Program-made: the position numbers and the translations under genes
Notes under the pieces: generated by a model
Seen by the model: the letters and a program-made list of their open reading frames with translations, nothing else
Told to the model about the DNA's origin: nothing
The model's database searches: none
In this document: positions 19,562 to 28,400 of the stretch, in pieces
Layout: each line of letters opens with the position of its first letter
Position numbering within the stretch: the first letter of the stretch is position 1
NCBI GenBank assembly: GCA_949297805.1
Contig: CASFTG010000003.1
Location: 3,996-67,995 of the forward strand
Direction of reading: 5' to 3'
Length of the DNA: 64,000 nucleotides
Source: an uncultured bacterium
Lineage (GTDB): Bacteria > Bacillota_I > Bacilli_A > RFN20 > CAG-826

Positions 19562-20716
19562 TTAACGTTTCATGCACGATTGGTATAAACGTTCGAATTC
19601 TCTAGCGTTGCGTTCGGATGAAAACTTATTGGCCATTGTCTCTGGAACGGCTTTAAGCATATTCGCTATTTTGCTCTTATTGTTTAGGATGTTTTTCAGA
19701 ACACGGGAAAAATCCTCGTAGCTGTTCTGAGCATATAAAAACCCGTTTTTCCCATCCTCAATGATTTCCGCTGATCCTGCTTTGTTCGATGCCATCACGC
19801 ACAAGCCCGATAGTAGCCCTTCGACTGTGACTCTCCCAAAGGCTTCATAAGTGGAATTGACTACTTGAATATCTGCTATTTCGTATTCTGGCCTGACGTC
19901 ATTAAGGGCGCCAACAAAAATAATGTTATCTTGTATTTTGTGTTTTTCGGCAATTTCTTCGATAATCTGTTTCTCTTTTTCCGCGCAAAATCCGACGATT
20001 CGAATTTGAAAGTCTTCAGTGAGAATTCTTTCGTTTACGCAGCGGCCAAGCCAGTCACATATTTCCGCCTGGCCTTTATTTTTTTGAACTCTCCCAATAA
20101 GCAGGAATACTAAATTATCATTCGAAAATATTTCGTGATATGAGCCTCGGTAATATTTTATGTCCAACCCATCAAAAATCGTTTGGAGATTTGTTAATCC
20201 TAGTGATTGATATTTTTCGTGGACGGTTTTGGAAATGGGGACGACATAGGCTGCCTTCGCAAGAGCTTTTTTAGCATACTCTTTGTTGATAAAGCACATT
20301 TTCAACCCTTCTTCCAAAAGTTCCTGAATTTGCCAAACTACTGGTATGCCAAGATTTTCTGCCGCGCAACCAAAAGCATAACACCAAGAGGTGTTAATGT
20401 GGACGACGTCGGGCTTAAACTCTTTTATTGCTTTGGTTGCTGCTTCTAAATCAGACGACCTTTTTAAATAAAATCTAAGAATGGGCTTAATTTTGGATTT
20501 GATTTTTAAAAATCCTTTTGGCATAACCCAATCGTGCGATTTCACCAGTTGCCAGTCTAGCTTATTTTCAATGAGTAGTTTGGTTCCATCGCCTTCATAG
20601 GGTACTGTGACTCTTACTTCATGGCCAAATTCTTTAAGGTGTACTGCCAATTTGACCATGCAAAGGAAAGCGCCGGATGAACTATTATTATCTGAAGAGC
20701 AAATTAATATTCTCAT
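19562..20716 (-). CDS. Glycosyltransferase family 4
   Basis: 'IGRVQKNKGQ' and 'EAFGRVTVEG' (EX7E). Confidence 0.9.
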   Translation of the reverse strand: MRILICSSDNNSSSGAFLCMVKLAVHLKEFGHEVRVTVPYEGDGTKLLIENKLDWQLVKSHDWVMPKGFLKIKSKIKPILRFYLKRSSDLEAATKAIKEFKPDVVHINTSWCYAFGCAAENLGIPVVWQIQELLEEGLKMCFINKEYAKKALAKAAYVVPISKTVHEKYQSLGLTNLQTIFDGLDIKYYRGSYHEIFSNDNLVFLLIGRVQKNKGQAEICDWLGRCVNERILTEDFQIRIVGFCAEKEKQIIEEIAEKHKIQDNIIFVGALNDVRPEYEIADIQVVNSTYEAFGRVTVEGLLSGLCVMASNKAGSAEIIEDGKNGFLYAQNSYEDFSRVLKNILNNKSKIANMLKAVPETMANKFSSERNAREFERLYQSCMKR

Positions 20717-21064
20717 AGATTGAATCCTATCACAGATTTTCTATTGTTTTCTAACTATCAATATGCTGTGCAAATGCTGCACGCTAAGATAAATACGATT
20801 TTCTAACATAGGGCGGGAAATTGGCCGGTTCTCATCGGCTTCATAGCGAATAATAACATCTTTCTTTCGCTTAATCACTTCAGTCCAACTTTGTACTGCG
20901 TCTAGTATTGGAGTTTCTATGAGTTTTGCCAAGTATTAGGCTTATTAAGGGAGACGCTTAAGTCCGTATTTTCTTTGGATTCAGGCGCTTGTTATGGTTT
21001 TGACTTCGCAATTAAACGCTAGCAGGGTATCGACCGGCGAAATTTGTTTGATTTAAAGGCGCAA

Positions 21065-21186
21065 TCAATCAATGTATAGTTTTGTCGTGTCTAGAGGAAG
21101 TAAGCAATGAACGATTACGGGCCCGTTACATCATCTCTTTGCATAACTTTTGCCGGTTCCTTAATAACGCCATCGGCATTAATTGG
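21065..21186 (+). pseudogene. Degenerate duplicate of the promoter, RBS and 5' end of the GT2 gene (copy of 17210-17356)
   Basis: TCAATCAATGTATAGTTTTGTCGTG..GGAAG.AAGCAATGAACGATTA is nearly identical in both copies; this copy then has indels that break the frame. Confidence 0.85.
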
Positions 21187-21274
21187 TTCACGCGGTTGCA
21201 TTGTTTGTTCTCTAGGGGCGTTTGCGTCTTTTGGAAGCGCAAGAATGTCTAGCGAAATCACAGGATAGTCATTT

Positions 21275-21886
21275 ATGAATATGCCTAATATTTCTAAAAT
21301 TAAGACCAAAGCCGATTTGAAATCGGTTCTTGCATACGAGGAACCTTTATATGGGAACCGGTCTCCGTATTTGTACCGGCCAGTAATGTCCGAACAAGGA
21401 ATCGCCTGGAAAATTGTTTGTTTGTTGAGATATCACGAATATCATCTTAATAACGGACATAAGCTCAGGGCGACGTTTTATCGATTCCTACGGAAGAGAA
21501 TGGAACTTAAATATGGGGTTACCATTCCAACCAACGTCGTAGGGCCTGGATTATTGATGTTTCATCCGAGAAACATAATGATTAACGCGGCCAAATGCGG
21601 GAGTAATCTATCGATTCAATTCAACACCTCTCTTGTTGCCGGCGGTCATGATGGCTCAATCCCTGTTTTAGGAAATGACGTTACCATCGGCGTCGGATCG
21701 ACTATCCTTGGGGGGGTCAATATAGCCGACGGGATTGCCATTGGCGCCAACTCAATGGTCAACAAGTCTTTTGCAGACAAGAATATTTGCATTGCTGGTT
21801 CGCCGGCGAAAAAGATATCCGACAACGGCTCTTTCTCTTGGGGCGGGTCGGTGATGAACGTTTTAAAATCTAAGAAAAATAAATAG
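21275..21886 (+). CDS. Hexapeptide-repeat (serine acetyltransferase-like) polysaccharide O-acetyltransferase
   Basis: 'LGNDVTIGVGSTILGGVNIADGIAIGANSMV..IAGSPAK' left-handed beta-helix repeats. Confidence 0.8.
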   Translation: MNMPNISKIKTKADLKSVLAYEEPLYGNRSPYLYRPVMSEQGIAWKIVCLLRYHEYHLNNGHKLRATFYRFLRKRMELKYGVTIPTNVVGPGLLMFHPRNIMINAAKCGSNLSIQFNTSLVAGGHDGSIPVLGNDVTIGVGSTILGGVNIADGIAIGANSMVNKSFADKNICIAGSPAKKISDNGSFSWGGSVMNVLKSKKNK

Positions 21887-21898
21887 GAGCGGTTAAAT

Positions 21899-22675
21899 AT
21901 GAAGGTCGTAATTCTTGCTGGCGGCTATGGGACGCGAATCTCCGAAGAATCGCATTTGAAGCCCAAGCCGATGATAGAAATCGGCGAGATGCCCATCATG
22001 GTCCATATAATGAAAATTTATGCGGCCCAAGGCTTCAAAGATTTTGTCATTTGTGCCGGATACAAGCAAAAGGTCATCAAGGAATATTTCGCCAATTATT
22101 ATTTGTATTGCCACGACGTTGTTTTTAACTTAGGTGACAATTCAGTTGAAACCATCAACAAATCGGATGATGACGATTGGAAGGTAACGGTTGTTGATAC
22201 TGGCCTAAACACCCAAACCGGCGGCCGGATTAAACGAATTCAGAAGTTCATCGGCGATGAGCCGTTTATGTTGACCTATGGTGATGCCGTTGGTGACGTT
22301 AATTTAAAGGCCCTATTGAACGAGCATAGGCTGTCTGGCAAAAAAGGGACGATGTCCGTCTATAATTTTGGGCAAGCCAAAGGTATTGTCGATATTGATG
22401 ACAAAGGAAATGTCAAAGCCTTTAGGGAAAAGTCGAATCTAGACGGAGATCTCATTAATATCGGTTTTATGGTCCTCGAACCATATATATTCGATTTGAT
22501 TGATGGCGATGATTGTGTCTTGGAGACCGGCCCCTTGAAGAAAATGGCTGATGCCGGTCAATTGGGTGCTTATGTCCATAAAGGATTTTGGCAATGCATG
22601 GACACTATGCGGGAAAAGAACAAGTTGGAGGAACTTTGGTCCTCAAGCAATCCCCCGTGGAAGATATGGAGGTAA
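21899..22675 (+). CDS. rfbF: Glucose-1-phosphate cytidylyltransferase
   Basis: 'VILAGGYGTRISEESHLKPKPM', 'TGGRIKR', 'GFWQCMDT'. Confidence 0.95.
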   Translation: MKVVILAGGYGTRISEESHLKPKPMIEIGEMPIMVHIMKIYAAQGFKDFVICAGYKQKVIKEYFANYYLYCHDVVFNLGDNSVETINKSDDDDWKVTVVDTGLNTQTGGRIKRIQKFIGDEPFMLTYGDAVGDVNLKALLNEHRLSGKKGTMSVYNFGQAKGIVDIDDKGNVKAFREKSNLDGDLINIGFMVLEPYIFDLIDGDDCVLETGPLKKMADAGQLGAYVHKGFWQCMDTMREKNKLEELWSSSNPPWKIWR

Positions 22676-22682
22676 TCATTCG

Positions 22683-23792
22683 ATGAGTCTGCTACTGGAT
22701 TTTTACAAAGACAAGACCGTTTTGGTGACTGGACATACTGGTTTTAAAGGTTCTTGGCTATGTGAGGTATTACTGTCGGCCGGGGCAAAAGTTGTTGGAT
22801 ATTCATTAAAGGCGCCGACCGATCCTAATTTGTTTGGATTGCTTAATTTAGAAAACCGGATCAACAGCGTTATAGGCGATATTAGGAACTTCGATAAACT
22901 GAAGCAAACTTTCGATGAGCATCAACCGGATATCGTTTTTCATTTAGCAGCTCAGCCGATCGTTATTGATTCGTATAAAGAGCCACGCTACACCTTCGAT
23001 ACCAATGTTATGGGGACTGTTAATGTCCTTGAATGCATAAGATTGTGCCCTTCCGTCAAATCATTTGTAAACATAACGACTGATAAGGTTTACGAAAATA
23101 ACGATTTGTATGACCACCGGTTTAAAGAAGACGAGAAATTAGACGGATACGACCCTTATTCGAATAGTAAATCCTGTTCAGAACTGGTAACTCATTCCTA
23201 TAAACGGTCTTTCTTCAACTATCCAGGAGCATGTGCGATTAGCACCGCTAGGGCAGGAAACGTGATTGGCGGTGGAGATTTCAGCCCGCATCGAATTCTC
23301 GTCGATGCCGTAAACTCGGCCCTCGATGGGGGGAAATTGGTTGTTAGAAACAAAAACTCAACCCGTCCTTACCAGTTCGTTTTGGAAGCTCTGTTTGTAT
23401 ATTTGCTGATTGCCGCCAAACAGTATCGAGAAGAAAAATACGCTGGATATTACAATGTCGGGCCAGATAAATCTGATGCGATTTCCAATGGTGACTTGGC
23501 AACTATTTTTTGCCAAGCCTGGGGCGAAGACATGGGTTGGATTGACCGCAGTGATCCTAGTGCCCCTCACGAATCGGCTTATTTGGCGCTTGATAACACT
23601 TTGCTAAAGCAGACGTTTAATTGGGCTCCTGCTATGCATGTTCAAGAAGCGGTATTATGGGTTGTCGAATGGGCTAAATGCTATGAGTCTGGTTCTAACA
23701 TCCGAACTTTGGTTGATAAACAAATTTTGACTTATGACAAAATTTTCGAGGATATGTTATGCAAAAATGGAAATTCCAAGAATTATCTTTGA
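22683..23792 (+). CDS. rfbG: CDP-glucose 4,6-dehydratase
   Basis: 'VTGHTGFKGSWL', 'HLAAQP', 'DPYSNSKSC', 'RAGNVIGGGD'; ATG 22683 after GGAGG. Confidence 0.95.
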   Translation: MSLLLDFYKDKTVLVTGHTGFKGSWLCEVLLSAGAKVVGYSLKAPTDPNLFGLLNLENRINSVIGDIRNFDKLKQTFDEHQPDIVFHLAAQPIVIDSYKEPRYTFDTNVMGTVNVLECIRLCPSVKSFVNITTDKVYENNDLYDHRFKEDEKLDGYDPYSNSKSCSELVTHSYKRSFFNYPGACAISTARAGNVIGGGDFSPHRILVDAVNSALDGGKLVVRNKNSTRPYQFVLEALFVYLLIAAKQYREEKYAGYYNVGPDKSDAISNGDLATIFCQAWGEDMGWIDRSDPSAPHESAYLALDNTLLKQTFNWAPAMHVQEAVLWVVEWAKCYESGSNIRTLVDKQILTYDKIFEDMLCKNGNSKNYL

Positions 23793-24325
23793 AGGGTGCC
23801 TATCTGATTGATGCTTTTTTTGCTCCCGATTTACGCGGTGGATTCTGCAAGGATTATTCTGAGGAAATATTTTGCCGGTTTGGCATCAATCACCCTCTTA
23901 AAGAAGTTTTTTATACCTATTCTCATAAAGGAGTGATTCGAGCCCTTCATTTTCAAAGAGTGTATCAGCAGGCTAAACTGGTTCGCTGCGTAAAAGGACA
24001 TGTGTTTGATGTTATCGTTGACCTTAGGCCTGGTTCACCAACATACAAGAAATGGCTTGGGTTTGATTTGACTGAAGAGAGTCATCAAGAGATTTTGGTT
24101 CCGGAGTACTTTGGCCATGGCTATCTAGTCTTGGAGGATTCCATCGTATCTTATAAATGCGCCGAGAAATTCTACTCGGAATATGACGGCGGGATTAAAT
24201 GGGATGACCCAGATATTGGTGTTCATTGGCCATTGGAAAAAATCGGTGGGCCTGATCATCTGATTTTGGCCGAGAAAGACAAGAATCTTCCTTCTTTCAA
24301 GGAGTTCCTTTCTTTGGATTTTTAA
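23759..24325 (+). CDS. RmlC-family NDP-4-keto-6-deoxyhexose 3(,5)-epimerase
   Basis: 'GVIRALHFQ', 'QAKLVRC', 'VDLRPGSPT', 'FGHGY'. Confidence 0.9.
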   Translation: MQKWKFQELSLKGAYLIDAFFAPDLRGGFCKDYSEEIFCRFGINHPLKEVFYTYSHKGVIRALHFQRVYQQAKLVRCVKGHVFDVIVDLRPGSPTYKKWLGFDLTEESHQEILVPEYFGHGYLVLEDSIVSYKCAEKFYSEYDGGIKWDDPDIGVHWPLEKIGGPDHLILAEKDKNLPSFKEFLSLDF

Positions 24326-24326
24326 C

Positions 24327-25394
24327 ATGCGCGTCCTGGAAGTAATAAATAGTTTGGGCACCGTTGGTGGGTCGGAGAATTTCGCCGTCAACTTCTGCAA
24401 GTATCTGAGTAGGCAAAGCGATATATATGTCTGCATCCTGTATTCGAAAAACGACGAGAGTTTGCTTGGCCGGCTCTTTCAAAGCATTGGTCATGATCGG
24501 GTCTTTATCTTAAACAAGACCGGCAGCTTTGATTTGAAAATCGCCAAGCAGATCAGAACTATAATAAAAACCTACGATATTCAAGTCGTTCATACTGAGA
24601 ACGATGCTTTGATTTCGACCTATCTAGCCGTGTTCCCGTTGTCTAAAAGGCCGAAGATTGTTCATACTCTCCACAATCCGCCCGATAAGGAATGTCAAAG
24701 TAGAATCAAGCGACTGATATACAAGCGTTTATTTAAAAAAGGCGTTGTCCATCCTGTTGCAATAACCAATGATATGGCTAAGGCGACTGAGAAATTTTAT
24801 AAACTTCAAAATGTTCCGTCGATACAAAACGGTGTTGATTTAGAAGTTTATACTGCCGGTCAGGCCTTGAACAAGCGAGGAAAAGATTGCACCATCTTGG
24901 CTCGTTTAACCGACCAAAAGAATTATCCTTTCGTATTGAATGTTTTCAGAAAAGTTCACGATTTGATTCCGCTTGCTAATTTCTTTATTTATGGCGATGG
25001 CGAATTAAAGGAATGGTTGTTAAGTGAGATCGAAGGCCTCGATTATATTCATTATGAAGGTATTACCAATCAATCTTTTGCAGTTTTGCAGGATTCAAAA
25101 ATCTTCTTTTTGGGTTCTAAGTACGAAGGCAATCCTATGTCAATCTGGGAAGCCATGGCTACTGGATGCATTTGTGTTGTTCCAAACATTAATGGATTGG
25201 ACGAGATTATCGGTAGAGATGCCGGATTTGTTTTAGAGGCTGGCAACGTCGATTTGTTTGCTGCGAAAATCGCCGAGATTCTTCAACGTCCTGAATATTT
25301 TATTAATATGCAGGGAAAAGCAATTGCTAAAGCTTCGCAGAATTCGTTTGAAAACGTTTGCAATCTGTATATGCAACAATTTGAGAAAGCATAA
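24327..25394 (+). CDS. Glycosyltransferase family 4
   Basis: 'GGSE', 'ARLTDQKN', 'YEGNPMSIWEAMA'. Confidence 0.9.
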   Translation: MRVLEVINSLGTVGGSENFAVNFCKYLSRQSDIYVCILYSKNDESLLGRLFQSIGHDRVFILNKTGSFDLKIAKQIRTIIKTYDIQVVHTENDALISTYLAVFPLSKRPKIVHTLHNPPDKECQSRIKRLIYKRLFKKGVVHPVAITNDMAKATEKFYKLQNVPSIQNGVDLEVYTAGQALNKRGKDCTILARLTDQKNYPFVLNVFRKVHDLIPLANFFIYGDGELKEWLLSEIEGLDYIHYEGITNQSFAVLQDSKIFFLGSKYEGNPMSIWEAMATGCICVVPNINGLDEIIGRDAGFVLEAGNVDLFAAKIAEILQRPEYFINMQGKAIAKASQNSFENVCNLYMQQFEKA

Positions 25395-25492
25395 CGCTGC
25401 TTGACGGCCTCCCTTCTATAAGAGAAAAAAGGCGAGTTTTGATAGGACTTCCCACTGCAACCCTAGCCTTTAGGCTATATAATTTCCTCGCT

Positions 25493-28400
25493 ATGCCAAT
25501 CGACCAACTCAATAATCCAACTTCTAGTGACAAGATCTACCTTGATATCGAATCCTCTAAGTCCATCTGCTACGTTAACTATCGGGCGGAGAAACTGATC
25601 AAGATCCGCCGTTCTTCCAGTAAGTCCAATATCTTTTCCTTTATCAAGCGGATCTCGATCAAGAACTTCACCGATAAGGATGTCTATAACGCCTATCTCC
25701 ATTTCAACTTCCATTCCGAATCCATCGCCATCGATGATGTCCCTCTTTCGTGCTTGCAAGCCCACAAGATAACCACGGTCGATAGCTTTAACCTGATTCT
25801 TGATCCGAAGTATCTTTATGACCTATCGGAGGTCGAAGCCTTAACCGTTTCTATTTCTCTGATTGGCGAAGACAACGAAACCATCGAATCCAAGAACATC
25901 GATATCCGGTTATTGCCCATCGCCCAATCAGCCGGCGAGGACTTCGTTCCCGAATCGATTGCCTCTTTCATCACGCCCAATGACGATGAGGTTCAAGAGT
26001 TGGCTAATAAAGCCGCCTATATCATGGAGGATAAGTATCAGACTTCTTCTTTCGTTGGTTATCAGACTCATGATCCCGAAACCGTCATGCATGAGTTGGA
26101 TGCCTTATACCTAGCCCTCCAACAATCGGGTATCCATTATTCCAATCCCCCGGCCTCTTTCGAAAAGACTTTCCAAAGAGTCCGGATGCCGAAAGATGTC
26201 ATTAACGATAAGACTGCCACCTGCTTAGATTTCTCTTTGCTATTTGCCTCTTTATGTGAAGCGGTAGGGCTAAATCCCTTACTTATCGTTTTGAATGACC
26301 ATGCCTATAACGGGGTCTGGTTAGAGAACCTCCATTATCCGAATGCCATCTTCGATAACCTGACTGTTTTATCTAACGATTGTTCGGATACCGATCGCCG
26401 GATGGTCTTAATCGATTCGACCAATGCGGCCTCGGGATCGGATATCAACTTCCAGGCGTCTTTATCGAAGGCGGCTGCCTTACTTAACGTTGGCAAATTC
26501 GATTACTGCCTTGACGTTAAGACCGCTCGTCTCGACTATATCCTCCCTTTGCCGACCCCTCATACGGTTAATGGCAAGACCGAGGTTAATTATGATGACA
26601 CCATCGGGACTGAATACGATGTCCCGACCGTTGCTCCTTCCTCTGGGTCATTGTCTTTAGAGTCCAAAGGCAATAAGACTAAGTTCGATGTTTGGGAAGA
26701 GAACCTATTGGATTTGGAGATGAGCAATAACCTCATCAACCATAAGATCGGGGCCTCCTCCGTTCAATTAGGTGCGGACGATGTCTTCGATTTCTATTCC
26801 CGAGCTAAAGACATCGATAAGTTAAGCGTTATCCCCGACAATGATCTAAAGGCCGAGGACCTTAAGCATTTCCTCGCCTTCCAATTTTCCATTGAGGATA
26901 AGAAACGGTTCAAAGGGGCCTTTGCTTCAAAAAGGGTCTATGCCTTCAATAAGAAGGGAGAGACCGAGGATACATTGATATCTTTAGCCCGGAAGGCCTC
27001 GACCCAAATCGAGGAAAGCGGGTGTAACCCTCTCTTTTTAACTCTCGGTATGGTCCATTGGTATGACAATAACTTATCCAAGCAGACCATCGCTGCCCCG
27101 ATTATTTTGATCCCGGCCTCCATGCCCAAGCGGCGTTCGGGTCCCTATTTCTCCTTAGAACTCGACTTTGATTCGGCCCAGGTCAATGCCGCGGCCTTTG
27201 AATACTTCCGTCGGGCCTTCGATATGGACTTCTCCGAGCTCGATGGTTTCTTCGACACTGAACGTTCGGTCGATGATTTAAAGAAACTATTCAATACCAT
27301 CCGAGAAAAGATTGCTTCTAAAGGCAACTGGATGGTCGATGATACGACTGTAACTTTATCTTTATTCTCCTTCGCTCACTTCGTCATGTGGAATGACATG
27401 AAGACCCATCGGGATCTATTTATTCAAAATAAAGTCGTGGCTTCGATGGTCCATGGGAAAGAGGAATACGACACCACCCCGAAGGAACTATATGAGAACA
27501 ATCTCGATGATATCATCGCCCCCGATGATTTAGCCGTCCCTTTAAGCGCCGATTCCTCCCAACTATTGGCCATTAAGGCCTCGGATATTGGCCTATCCTT
27601 TGTCCTTGATGGTCCCCCGGGGACCGGCAAGTCCCAGACCATCGCCAACATCATCGTCAACGCGATGTATAAGGGGAAGAAAGTATTGTTCGTCGCGGAA
27701 AAAGAAGTCGCGTTGGATGTCGTCAAGAACCGATTGGATTCTTTGTCCTTGGGTCGTTTCTGCTTACAGATCCATTCGGCCAAAGCCAATAAGAAGGATG
27801 TCTTAGCTCAATTAGGGGAATCCTTAGCCACGGGACAAACTAGATCGGTTGAAGGGTTCAACGATGAGGCTAAGAAGCTAAAGGATGAACGGGATGCCTT
27901 GAACGCGACCTTAAAGGAGATCCACGTAAAGGGCAATTACTTTGTTTCGCCCTATACCGCGTTGATTAAGTACTTAGAGAACGAATCGTCCAAAGGCAAC
28001 TGCGAGGTTTCGTCCGACTATGCCAAGGCCATCGATGAAAAGAAGTATAACGAAGCCATCTCAACCATCGAGGATATTGTCGTTCTCGGCCATAACGTCA
28101 ATGGGTATTATGGCAGCCCCTTCATCTATTATGGCTGCCGGGATTACTCGTTGGATTTAAGAGAACAATTCCAAGAACGGTTGCCATCCTTGATCGCCGC
28201 CTTGGAATCGTTCTCGGCTGCTTATACCTCCTTATCCAAGAAGATCGGCTTTGGGATGAAGTTATCGAAGAACAACGCCAATCGCTTGGTTTATATCCTG
28301 AATCTGATCAAGGCCGATCCGAAGTTGTTCTTCCCCGACTTAATCGAAGGGGGAACGATCCTTAACGAGACAGTTAACATCAAATCCTATTTCGATGGGT

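Noticed and set aside
20741..20932. 63-aa minus-strand ORF
   Set aside because: TTG start, no RBS or motif; probably intergenic or decayed DNA
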